Positions 1-17,940 of a stretch of DNA of 61,153 nucleotides are shown in pieces (position 1 is the stretch's first letter; each line of letters opens with the position of its first letter). Made by a program: the position numbers and the translations under genes. The DNA is from Nemertoderma westbladi (Eukaryota; Animalia; Xenacoelomorpha): positions 1 through 61,153 of the forward strand of contig JAUCBJ010001349.1 in the NCBI GenBank assembly GCA_032718475.1, written 5' to 3'. Below the pieces are notes generated by a model that was not told the DNA's origin, did no database searches, and worked only from the letters and a program-made list of their open reading frames with translations.

Positions 1-430
1 CCCGGGCCCCAATTGTCGCACCACACATCAGATAATACAGCTGCAACTGTAGGGGACGTACAGACTACCTATTTCAGGACTCAGGCTGTGTGTCACAATA
101 AATTTACAGAATAACTTCTTCTGTTTATTTAAATCACTCATTACTTCATTTTTTATTGCTTTATATTGTAGTAGCCACTGTAAACTACTCCTGTAATTCA
201 TTAAGTCGGCCCTAATAAAAAAAATGGCTGTTAGGGGGCGGCACCCCTCAAATATAAAGCACAGCCGTCCCCAATAGCCACTGTTTATCAGAGAAATGTG
301 TCTGAAGAGACATGTAAATTTGAAATTTACAATGGTGTTATTTGTTATTTATATCTATGTTGTGCCTATTTGATATTTTTGAAATTAATATAAATCAATT
401 TAAAATATTTAGATAATAAAGTATAACACA

Positions 431-460
<30 letters not shown>
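431..460. repeat. G30 homopolymer
   Basis: 30 consecutive G; similar G/C tracts near 4848, 18350, 25307, 31470, 40763 and 45532. Confidence 0.95.
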
Positions 461-461
<1 letters not shown>

Positions 462-3400
462 GCAACAACCACAACCATGATTACGAACAAAAATCAATCT
501 GGAAACTGCGCTGTTGACTTTATTGTTTTTGTTATTATAATAACGAGTCATTTATATTCGACAACCAGTCTTCTGCAAAACTGAAAAATACCCTTCATTG
601 ACTCCCGCTGTTCTACTCGGTTGAGTGGCTCATCGCCCATCTGACTCGGTGTAAATTACAAATGTAAATGTTTTGGAAGATTATTCCGGCACTTAAATTC
701 AAGCTGACAGAGACACAATTGGCCGTTAATTCGGTAGGGTGAAATTCCCCTCCCTTATGACCGGTACGTTACCTACTAAGCCTTACTAATCTGGGCTATA
801 ACACGGCTCTGAGCTCCGCTAAACCTCCATATATATGCCAGTACAATTTATTCGTGCATAACTTTGGATGGCAAATGGGGGTTGGTCGCAATTACATCGG
901 AGATAGGCCTCCACCACCCCCTACATCATTCTTGGCCCTATAAACCTCCCCTTTGTGATACGGGGCCCAAGAGTGTATGTTGTATAGTGTATCGTTCCAT
1001 TGCTGCATACATCAATGTCGGCATACCTGGACCTCACTTTGACGTGCATTCACGCAGAAGTCAGGCTATCATACGCTAACAAAAACTCGCCCAGAAAACA
1101 CTCAGCCTATTTAAGTGAGTTGGATCGCTATAACAGGCCTATTGTGACAGTGTTGTACACCCACCATGGTCGGCGCTCATAGACCACTTACTGGTGGCGG
1201 CGGCTTCAAAGCCCTGGGTTGTGGCCCTCAGGTCTGTCGTTGGTGTACTTGCCAAGCTTGGCCCCGCAATGTCGCTAAAATATCTATAACATCCCTGTAC
1301 CACTATGGGCTATATATCGTATAATTATGTCTCCATTTTAACTTTAAAGTGGTTTAAAATATTCTTCACACCTATAGTACTATGATACTGGTGCATGTAA
1401 TGAATGGGTCTATATATTCCAGGTAATACATGGTTTATTGTGTTGTGTATACCGGATCAACCTCTAATGGCGGCCTAGGTCACCCCCACCCCCGCCTCTC
1501 TATTTGCCGTGCACATACTGATTTGTTTGACCTCTCCATTCTCTCTTAATATGAATTCCATTTCGTGTTCAATTGTTCAAATATACATTAGAGTGAGCAA
1601 ATCCGTTTCGCCGGACAGCGTGCAAATATCTTTAGATGCCGAGGAAAGTTGACGGAAATCGTTCCTCAAGGTCTGGCTGACCCTGTGGAAATATCCTCGT
1701 CTTGTTTTTATTTTTGAAAAACTGAATGGATAAGTTTTTTCAGTTTAGAATGCTCGTCTTGTCTTATTATTTTATTCAATTTTGTGCAAAGAAATTTTAG
1801 TGGTTTTCTTCAGTTTAACATTCATAGATTGAATAAATATATTGTAATTTAATTATTCATAGACCTGCTGATGATCTATACAAAATATCAATTGAATTAA
1901 TTGGTAACTACACAGATAAAATTTGAATGAAAACTTTGGTAAGTTTTTATATCGTAAATTTTACTTTATCGATTAAGAAAAGCGTTGTTTACATTGAAGA
2001 CAGAAGTCAATGTATTTTTTTGGTATGTTTTCCATAATTTGAATAGGAAGGTTCTGTTATATAATTTAATAAATAGTAGGGGGCCTATATAAACCACAGC
2101 ACACAGCATGTTAGGTAGTTTGAAGTTAATTATAATGCAAATTAAAAATGCCTTGATAAGTTTGTAACTTTATTGTAACTTAGTTTTAGACTCATACACG
2201 TGTGCTGCGCTAACTAAATTTTCTTATCGCGGTCGCGGAAAGATTAATATTTGCTCGTGTTCTTCCATAGAGACAACGGATACCTACAGCTACACTATCT
2301 TATGTCTCGCTTGAATGAGGCTTACTCAATGCAACTGCGATCGCCAACACGGCCTCAAGTATAGATAAGCCCTTTATATGTTACATCAAACGTTTGGTTT
2401 TCCTGTATCGATTTACAATCAGCACGGTTTGATTACAGTGACATCCTGGGTAGCAGTAGGCCTATACCACCTTCTGCTCTACCGGTACTGGTTGATTTTG
2501 ATTACAACAACATCCTGATTATTGATAGGTAGCAATAGGTCCACCTCAACCGGATATGGGAACACACTCAAAACTGTAAGATAAAGCCTGCATATAGCCT
2601 AATGCTACTTTTTACACCAAATTTGAAGATTTTATACCAGTACTGAACAAATAATCATGGAGTAGCAATCACTGTGTTGATGAATGTTATTCACTTAATT
2701 GAATTTGATAGTTTGTAAGATACATCATTCATTGATGATTATATAGTAGCGCTCACGATTTTTCTTGTTTTTTTTTTTTACTTAGAATGTTAAATTTATA
2801 GTCTATTGTAGTTAGTGATAGTTTAGTGATTGTGAAATCCATTTGGTTAATTCAACAATTTTTGTTAGATAAATTAATTTAATTGGTGTTGTTTTATTGT
2901 TGCTGCCACAGTCAAATAATGTGTTTCTACTCTATATTACTATACATTACTACATCGTATGTGCTTCATATTTAAAGATTGATATGATAAAATATATATT
3001 GTACTTGTACAGATGATATAGCCCGTTGTATATGTAGAGTACATTACATGCAGTATGATACATGGAGTATCACTACTCTCTATATACCTTGCGGTACGTG
3101 ATAGTAACATACTGATCCGGATAAATATATAAGAATAAGCTCCATAGTTAATCCTCTTAACATCTTCCATGCTATGAATCTTAATGGAATGTTTAAAAAA
3201 CGATCAAATTTATAATTCCAAATCCTGAAGCTTATTACACTGTTGTATTACCATTAATAGGAGCTCAGCACTTCTCACACAGCCAATAATACTCATAAGT
3301 GATGATTCCATAGCTTAAGAATACATGAGGCAATGCGGCAATATGGAACTCTACTGTTGCATCATGGGATGTTTATATTGTAGGGAAGTACAACAATTAT

Positions 3401-6400
3401 CGAGCGATCGAGCAATGGGACATCCTCCTTCCATATGTCGAGTATAGATTTTTTTCTCGCGTTTCGCGTGAAGCAACTTGGGCCGGTAACAACTATATTG
3501 CGTCCACGGGCACATTTAGGCCTGTCAGGGCATATTAGCCATAATTGCAATAAAATATATTGTATGTATTTTATTTCCGCCAACCTTGTATAAATATGGG
3601 AATGAATGGGTGTGATATATTGAGCGTCAACTATACATATTTTCTTGTAAGTACAACAATATGAAATTGGGATGAATTTTGTTGTTGTATGAAGAATGCT
3701 GTAAATTGCACAGGCATGTAAATTGCACGTTAAATTCACATTGCACATTCACACACTCCTGGGAAATATTTCTTAGTAATAATTGTTTAGTTTAACGTAA
3801 GTTAAAGCGAATATGGGTTAACTGATATCCTTGTAACATAATAACATGTTATTTTTGATATGCACTGCCTTTTCAGTAGCTTTCCAGTGTTCCCTTTCCC
3901 GTTGAAGGTTTTTTGTAATTAGGTCCCGTAAACACAAAAGTATACAACCATCCGTCTCACAGCAGTGGTTTGTGTATACCGGTACCACTGAAAGACATAG
4001 CCGAGTTCGTTAATCTATATTACCAATTCATTTATATTTGTAACTTTGGTTGAGGGTTTGTAAGGCGCATGGCGTAGATTAGTCGCAAGCTTCATTAATG
4101 TGTGACAGTGCCTCCTAATCACAAGAAAATATGAACCCCATTCGCACGTGTACACAAATTGTACACAAGTTAATTTGATTTGACAGTGAAAAAAACCAAT
4201 TTATCTAATGATTAAACCTAGTACCACAAGCGGACCATGCCAATCAGTAACTATTCGCAGGTAGATAATATTATATTCTTAAATATACAGTTAATACTTA
4301 TTATTAAAGCAGCTGATTTTAAAAATATGATGTACATGAACACAATCGAATTAAATTTTAATAGAATTAAGAAATAATTGTTTATTATGAAAAGCTGAAT
4401 CAAACTGTGGCCCTTCAATGAGAATTCGTTTTTGTGATGTTTCTCACTAGAATTATCTCGTCCCATTTTCACACAAAATAATAGGCAAGTTGCTCATGGG
4501 ATTTATTAAGTAATTGTGTATAGAAATATAAGATAAATTGTGGCTTGATGCTCTGAGGAAGTGAACCATTTTCTTTGCCGTAATTTCACAGTGAGTTGAA
4601 TACTAACCCTTGAAATTGTTAAAAGCTTTGGAATCTGGACAGCTGCTGGTAAATTCGTAACAAATTAACGTTCAAGTAATTGAGAAGGAGCCTCTCAGTT
4701 CGCTGCCGTTCAATTCTTCCGTATTGAGTTAACGTTCAACTGAAGTGGGATAAAAAAGGATCAGCGTTTCCGCTGGATGCATTTCGGTACCGGTTCCAGT
4801 TAGAAATTATACCGATGTGATACTGGGTGTCTGTGTGTGTGTGGTGTGGGGGGGGGGGGGGGGGGGGGGGGCTTATATCGGCCGCAAATTTACAGCCAAA
4901 TATTGATCAAATCAATTTTATCAAAAATAGTACAATATATATTATGGTTTGTTCTTCATAATTTGTGCACTTTTATTTTTATTCATTAACATACCCACCT
5001 TGTTGAATGAATGCACGCATCTAACTTTAATGTGAACTTAAATTTACAAAGATTTTAACGTATTTATCTGTATTGAATTGAACAACTATTATTATGGGTG
5101 GTGAAGCGACTGTATTTGGTTTTGGATGTGGGTATGTTTTGGTGTTCTGTCTTCTATTCCCTTTGTAGTGTTCCTTTGTAGTTTCTATTCCCATTTTCTT
5201 GTCTTCTTTCAACATTCGGTAAGAGTGTACGTATACGTAAGTTACAGCTTGTTGCCTTGTTTGATATGTTCATTACCAAATTGAATCATATATTTTAATA
5301 ATAAAATGGAAAAAATAGTCATTTAACAAACAGATTTTAACAACCTAGCAAATGTAGTGACAACTTGATTACTCAAGTCGTTCGATAATTATTGCTTCTT
5401 CTAGGGGCCCTTATATATGACTGTTGTACCCTCCGTGCAACCACCTTCAGCTCATTGGACCCCTTAAAGCTTATAGTACTATCACTATGACCTCCCTAAA
5501 TGCCCTAATTCCCAAGTACAACCGTGTGAATCTCAAACTACCTGGCATATGGTATTTCAAATATATTCTCCCATCCCATCACCCCAATCTCGGGACTACT
5601 GCCCCTTTTCGGGTAGTTAGTTAGGTCAAGTAAAGTCACAATATGTCATTGATTACCATTGAGACACCATGCTATCTCAGTCGTGAGATTAAAATGAATG
5701 TCATAAACCTACAATATCGTTAGGCTTGAAATACCAAGAAAACCATTATTTATTTTATGTCGCCGTGGTTGTTTTTACAAATATCGAACATTGTTATAAA
5801 AAATTTAATTAGAGCCGTACAATACATTTTTTCTCCGATCATATTCTGCTGTCTATCTATAGTTTATCATAACCAGTACCTAGACCTGCGGGCCTTGTGT
5901 GTGCCTGGTAGTCTACACTGCACTGTCTCGGGCCGATAAATAAATTAAATGCAAGCTAGAACAACAAGAAGACAGTACCACCAGTGCAGGCTACGCAAAA
6001 AATGAAATAACTCTTGACAACAGGATGGGTGAATTTTATGAATGTTAGTTGAAATCGTTTTCTACTTTGAAGCTTTTAAATTCCTATTGCAAAATTAGAT
6101 AAATTTCAAAAAAAATTAATCGTTTTTTAATAAGAAAATATTTATCTGCACTTTTACAATGTTTCAATATTTGTATAAAGCGTAATACTTACTTGTTACA
6201 AAGGGCTTTACAATCGCCGTGACTATATTTTTCTCACTGCGCTCGTTCGTGTAACAAACCACTGATGTTAGCACACCATTGAAGTTCTGCATACAATTCG
6301 CCTTATTCGATTCACCTTTCTATTGACGAATTTTCCCTTACTATTTACGGAACTGGGCTTTCTGGGTGGACTTATTCTGTCGTAAGTCAACATTACGTCT

Positions 6401-6913
6401 AAAGTCTTCAAGTTTTAAGTTTTCTGTGTGAATTGGTGTATTTAATGCGATTGCGAGAAATACCATGGAAATTTCTAAAAGATAGCCAGACCTTAGTCTA
6501 TGCAAAGTTGTAATTCATAAACCAAACACACACAACAAATAGCTTTAATAATCTAAATCTTCTGCCAATCAAGTGCGCCGCCATTGCAGTTTGTTTATTG
6601 AAGTATAATTTATTCTATGTACTTTGCGATTGGAAAATTTTGTGCAGTCGTTTGATAAACGCACTCTATTCAAATTGAATTCTACGAAAATAAATTAAAT
6701 CCAAAACGCAATAAATTTAGTCTCACTTGATAAGAATTAGATTTGTCACTCTATACGAATTTTAAAGTCGCGGCGTTTGAAAAGTAGGCCTTAACTCATA
6801 ATAGAATTATATATGGTTTAAAATATAGAAATGTATATTTCGCTACATTACAAGCGTACATTATTCATACATAGAAACAGGAATAATAGGTATTCGATTA
6901 TATTTCTTATGAA

Positions 6914-6986
6914 GTCCAGGTGGGATCGAACTGGTGACCACCGGGTTGGAACTCTGACGCTGTAACAATTCAGCTAGAGGCTCCGG
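6914..6986 (-). mobile_element. tRNA-derived SINE head / tRNA pseudogene
   Basis: Minus strand reads ctctagctgaattgttacagcgtcagagttccaacccggtggtcaccagttcgatcccacctgg (A-box-like, B-box GTTCGATCC); closely similar to 29722-29790. Confidence 0.5.
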
Positions 6987-7993
6987 TAAAAGATAGACCT
7001 GGAAATACTACCTGATACCTTGTATGAAACCACTCATTCACCCATAACACCAATAATAAATTATAAAGTTAACTGCTATGTTATACTCTAACATATTAAG
7101 ATTAACATATCGGCAACACCACTATCGCCGTCCGTCTCCTCAGTGCGACACCTCGCTCTCGTCGCAACGTTTCCTCTCTCCAACCCGCTGCCATAGAACA
7201 ATATTACACACAAACTGATCATGTAGCCACTGAAGCAGTGGTGGGCAAGTCTTATCTGTAGTATGCAGTGTATGCCGGGTAGTTCTGTGTTTTGACAATA
7301 ATAAGAGTTTGGGGTGCTAAATATAACCGATTTTGAGTTGAGGAAAACTCGACATAGCATTCTTAATATGTAATATTTATAGAAGATATATAATACAGCT
7401 GCAATACCCGAATATTGATGTACGTATAATTATTCCTGGCAGCATTAGAGCCTATGCAGCTATATGGCAGTTCACTGGTGGGTTCTTACTCAAGAACGTT
7501 ACAGAGGACAACAACCATTGATGGTACAATAACCAGTATGCTACATAGGGTTCATGTTATAGGATTTAATGATTATTTTACAAATATGGCATTTTAAAAC
7601 CTCGGTAATATACTTTTGTCGAAACTCAGCACCAACCTGCAGGTACAACGTATGAGTCTTACCAACAAATGCTATCGTGTAATTGTCCAGCTCTGTAGAT
7701 GATCTTGTTTTTATGGCAGCCGGCCGAGATAAAAACGGAGGTCAGCCATTGACAATTTTGACATCCTTAAACTTCTAAACGTCACAAGTCTTCGGAAGTG
7801 ATCGCAAATGGTGTTGCGTTGCTGGGCTGGCAGGCAATGCGTAGTAGTGCCGAAGGCCGATTTATGTATCACGTACGGTACGGTACGGTATGGTATGCAT
7901 GTTTGTGATTTCACATCTTTCAATTGCTCAACGGCTTTCAATACAGCAGGCCTGCAGCTTTGCAATACACTGAAAGGTGACTGTTATTCACCT

Positions 7994-8068
7994 ATTGGAT
8001 AACTTCAATGCCTATCAGCCAACTATTAGTCCAAATCCTCACAGTTCCTCTAAGTTGTCTCTGATTGG
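7994..8068 (-). promoter_or_regulatory. Two inverted CCAAT boxes upstream of the Otx ATG (candidate proximal promoter)
   Basis: ATTGG at 7994-7998 and 8064-8068, both followed by ATAA, 250-330 bp upstream of the start codon; position only. Confidence 0.3.
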
Positions 8069-8319
8069 ATAAACGCGCTTATACTTTGGCTAAAGTTGGG
8101 ATATTTCTGGCTGAGCCTAGAAGATCTTGGGATAATTCCACATTAAGATACTCAGATCAACTACGCCTACTTTATACTAAGACGATTATAAAATTCTTTA
8201 CTTAGTTTTGTTTTGTGAGATTAATTTAATACAAATTATCCCCATTCTTCCGAGCTCATATCTAATTGTGCTGCCTTATTCTCCCATCTGTTATCCCATC
8301 ACACTAACGTTGCATCGTA

Positions 8320-13316
<4,997 letters not shown>

Positions 13317-13670
13317 ATTCGAATTTCCGCGTGAGGAATAAACATAATATTAATTGGTGTAAAATGGATAAACATTACTGTATGTCTATGGTGTGTTATC
13401 CGGAACATTTATATGTAATCTTCTGTTTCAATAAGTAACTTTTCCCATTGTAACTGTATTAGTATCCCTCCTATTTGGAGTATTGATAAATATTACTGTA
13501 ATAATTAGATGGTTACATACAGTTATTTACTATTTACCACCTTATATTTGGAGCGATTTGAGATGAGTATTATTTCGTATATCAGTATAACAATTTACGA
13601 TGAGCATCTAACAAGTTAGAATAATAATTATATGATATTATTATTTTGTTCTATTAAATAATAATATTCG

Positions 13671-13676
13671 AATAAA
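13671..13676 (+). terminator. Candidate Otx polyadenylation signal (alternative AATAAA at 13337-13342)
   Basis: AATAAA followed by a T-rich stretch (gtcgtttttt); the AT-rich context lowers specificity. Confidence 0.4.
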
Positions 13677-14495
13677 ATTACAGTCGTTTTTTCAGCTGAT
13701 ATTATTAAATATTTACTGGTTTTTCAAGGTTTACAAAACTATGTGTTTCTTACATTTTTTTAAATATTTTTTAATTGTTAATTATTTAGAAACCTTCATT
13801 TAATATACATTCAGTACAATATTTTGGGTGTAATTTGAGTTTATTCCAATATTTTGTCAGTACACATTTTGTATTGTAAGGCTTTTTAGAGGAGGCGAAA
13901 TGTTTATTTAGATTATAGTTTTTATTATAAATAACTACCTAATGAGTTCAAATAAAATATTACACATGAAATCCAAATCCGAATATAATATTATGGATAT
14001 ATGTTTGATAAAATATTGGAGTATTTATGTAGAATTTTGTGCCAAATATTGTAAAGTTTGGGTGTATTACGCGCAACAACTTGCGCAACCACCACCAGAA
14101 AAGTATAGGCCTAACTATATTTTATAGTTGACTGTCTTTTTTGTTTTGTGTAGGAGTATTTGTCAAATTTAATGTAAGCCTATTATTATACAGTATACGT
14201 TAATTTATTTGCGGCCAAGTCTAAGCTGATGGTTCCACTATATAGTGCTTTCTGTTTTGTTGTGTAGAATATTTTAAATCCTAAATTTTCTTTTTGCAAT
14301 AAATTGCTTCGTATATTGAGAAATTATTTATTTTTAATGAGGGCCCTCGGATATAGTATGACAGATACTTGGCGTACATGATAGACTAAAATAGTAACAG
14401 ACCTCCATCAGACAGAGAGTCGTCCTCACGTTGATATGAGAGCGACGGCTGGGCGAGTAAAAAGAAATAGGTTGGATACATTGATTGGGATTATC

Positions 14496-15855
14496 GATTC
14501 AATGTGCTTTTGTGTACGCCCAAGGTTTTCTTTAGGTAATTAGTCTTTACTCTGTCAATTGTATGGAGGTTCGCGGTAGTCAGATGAGGCCAGATTAGAT
14601 GTAGGTTGTACGTTATTATGGGTCGTATCTTTATGTTGAATACTTTTATAGCGGTCGCCAGAGAAAGATAACGCGGGTTTGTAATGTTGTGGATAGACAT
14701 TATAGATTTACAACAGATATTTGTAATGTGTGTCGAAAAGGATAACGTTGGCTGGAAAGTAACACCCAAATATGTGTAAGCGTTTCGGATTATAACAGGT
14801 TGCTGGTTGTAATAAAACTCATCTGCTTTACAAAGTTTACCTCCCCGTCGAAACTTGATCACGGCAGTTTTCTTTAAATTGACTGTGAGACCATTCAGAG
14901 CCGCCCACTCTGATAGAGCATTGAGGCCGGCTTGTAGACTTTCCCTGGTGTGTGAGTAAAACAGTAGATCGTCGGCAAACAGTAATATTACTAAAATGGC
15001 AGCCCGCTTGAGCGCATCTACCAGATCCGCAATGTATAGTATAAATAAATAAGGACTGAGTGTATCACCCTGTAATAGGCCGATCAGCTGGCTTATTGGT
15101 TTGGTTTTACGCAACCCATCGAAGACTTGTATGTAATTGGTCGATAGTAGTATTTCTATAAATCGCAGCATTCTTCCTTTGAGCCCAAATAAACGGCGCA
15201 GTTTCTCGATGAGTTTAGGTCTTGGAACGGAATCGAATGCTTTCTTGAAATCCACAAAGCATGCGTACAGGGGTCTCCTTGGTTGGTCGAGGTTACAGTT
15301 TATATCATGGAGCAATTGTTCAATGGGTTGTGCCGTAGATCTTCCCGGTAGGAAACCAAATTGTTCTCTGGGTATCAGGTGGCTGAAGGCGGCACGTAAG
15401 CGGCGAGCTACGAGACCAGTTAAGACCTTGTACGCATTGCACAACAACGCAATGCCTCGGTAGTTATCTGGTTCGTTACGTGGTCCTTTACCTTTGTACA
15501 ACACCTTACATATACAAGATTTCTAATTCGGAATGGACAGAACCTAACCAATCCGGTCGGCACGTAACAACACGGGTATCGGTCCACGGATTTCATCATA
15601 AGATCTGTGCGACAGATAAATTTCATGCCCCCAACCTGGAGAGCTGTGTATGTCTGCTGTGCGGAGACCCGGCCCCACTATACCACCTACTAACATGCAA
15701 GGAAAACTCGCGAACGCTAACCTCCTGGGCCTCTAATGATACGTAATTTACCGAACTCTTTTAACTCTTTAACGTTTTTACTTATTTATTTGATTTAATT
15801 AAATACCGTTTTTATCTACCATAATGCCAGTACCATGGCGCAATTAAATTAATAT
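14496..15855. mobile_element. 5'-truncated, 5'-inverted non-LTR retrotransposon (APE-type LINE, clade unresolved)
   Basis: RT core on the minus strand (14496-~15510: YRGIAL, QFGF, FVDFKKAFD, QGDTLSP, FADD). ORF2 C-terminus with CxxC..HxxxC, 3'UTR and AT tail on the plus strand (~15510-15855). Flanked by direct repeat attgggattatc at 14484-14495 and 15856-15867. Confidence 0.88.
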
Positions 15856-16673
15856 ATTGGGATTATCCTTTTCTTGAGTTGTCGGTACGTTATGCGATAT
15901 TTTTGTTAATTTAAACCACGGTATATTTTCAAACAATAAATAACTGTTTACTTCATGGCAAATAACCATAACACTATTTTACTATAATATATATATTCAA
16001 TTCATGACAACATGTCACTTACTATAGTTGATGATACCATATTGTATACGGACTAACTTTACACAACAACCAAAATTCAACCAAAAATATATCTCTGGAG
16101 ACCCCACACCCAACTAAACACCTAAACAAATGTAATTTTGAAATATAACAAAAGAAATAAAAAAAATAAACGGTATAGAGAATTATTATTGGTTACGATA
16201 TAACTAATAGCGCTGATTCGTCAGGCTAATACACAATAGATTTACTACGTTACACATTTAGATGTTATTAATTCTAGCTGCGCGTAGTATTAGTGCCTTA
16301 TATATATATAGATAGACTACATAGATAGATTTACTGTAGAATCTTACTGGTGAATTTTTATAAATCCGGAGTTTTTTTGGCACAGAAAAGGCGATAAACT
16401 CCTCAATAGGATTAGTTTCATATAGCTTTTTATTTACTCTATAGCAGAATTTATTGAGGATTTCAAATCTGAAAACTGCTTAGCGAAACTTCTTTTAGTT
16501 CTCGAGTTATCGCTGTTTTTCTGTATGATGGTCTGTCAGTCAAATTGTAAGACAGACGAACAACCGACAACCAGACTGGATTCCACCAAACATCAATACT
16601 GACATCGGAAATGAAATCAGCGACCCCGAAAACCCCCATAATGAAAGTTTAAACTCGGTGGTGTGTTTCCTTC

Positions 16674-17940
16674 GGATCTAGGACACTTCCCCCCCGGACA
16701 CTTCCCCCCCGGACACTTCCCCCCCGGACACTTCCCCCCCGGACACTTCCCCCCCGAACACTTCCCCCCCAGTTAAAGTGTTAAAATTAATCTGGGTGAA
16801 TCAAAGCAATAAACAAAAGTTAAAGATGGTTACAGGACAAGTTGTATCTAGACAAGTTTTTTCAAAATTATAAAAGAAACATTTTTATAGTCAAATTTTG
16901 TTTGTTTTTCTTTTAATTCCTTTAATTCTTTTAATTTCGTTTAATCGGGGGCTGCCGCCCCCAAACCCCCGCTTCTTTTGTTGGGGGCTACCGCCCCCAA
17001 ACCCCCGCTTCTTTTCTTGGGGGCTACCGCCCCCAAACCCCCGCTTCTTTTCTTGGGGGCTGCCGCCCCCAAACCCCCGCTTCTTTTCTTGGGGGTTATC
17101 GCCCCCAGATCCCGACATTTCCCTGAGTGCCCGTGGTGAAAGACTTAAGACCACTTTGAAATAATTAATTCATGTTTGTATCATCAGATAATAAATTGAC
17201 TAAGCCTAAAGTAGGAGCTGTATTGAATGTTAACCAATTTAATATATAAATTACTACAATATTATATAATTCAACAAAATCCTATTAAAAATATTGCAAG
17301 TAACCAGGAAATTTAATATGTAGTGTGTATAATATCTATTTAGTATGTATAGTAGTAATATGTATATCAATATGTAATGCTGAACACAGAATACAGGTCG
17401 ACGCATGTCGATTTTACCCTGGAGAGGTATAATTTTAATTGCAACAATAATATTCATCCCCATCTGCTACAATTTGAAGAAGACTATTACATAATAATAC
17501 CTATAATTAAAACAATTAATTATTATAATTCTATAGTTAATAAAAACAGTATATCATTCCGGGGATGGAATTTATAGGTCATCTAATATAATTAATTGTT
17601 TAGCAAACAATTAGATTAGCAAACAATACGATGTAATTGCATTGATAAAATCCATAAATAAAACTTGGATATAAAATGTAAAATCGGGATGCAAAAGATC
17701 ACTTTCTGAGCTACGAAAGGAAAATGCTACGAAAGGCTACAAGCGGTCCGTTTACCTTACAAAATGAAAAATACGAATGTGCGAAGTTAAGAACAGTCGG
17801 GGGGGAAGTGTCCGCGGGGGGGAAGTGTCTGGGGGGGACGTGTCCGGGGGGGAAGTGTCCTACTTGAGCGGGGGGAACTGTCCGGGGGGGGGGGGGAGTG
17901 TCCGGGGGGGAAGTGTCCGGGGGGGAAGTGTCCGAACACC
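16674..17940. mobile_element. Non-autonomous TIR element with 9-bp TSD (Mutator/foldback-like)
   Basis: TSD gtttccttc at 16665-16673 and 17941-17949. Imperfect TIR ggatctaggacac / ggtgttcggacac(rc), followed by inverted arrays of the 15-bp unit ggacacttccccccc (16681-16770 and ~17799-17933). Confidence 0.85.
16947..17110. repeat. 36-bp tandem repeat (~4.5 copies) inside the MITE
   Basis: Unit ggggctrccgcccccaaacccccgcttcttttcttg. Confidence 0.9.

Noticed and set aside
366-551. Poly-proline ORF (also 52953-53218)
   Set aside because: Produced by poly-G tracts.
700-1700. Possible alternative upstream Otx exon or repeat element
   Set aside because: No Otx-like peptide, terminal repeats or TSD that I could support.
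16891-17164. FGGGSPQEKKRG and LPPPNPRFFSWG repeat ORFs
   Set aside because: Translations of the 36-bp repeat inside a MITE.
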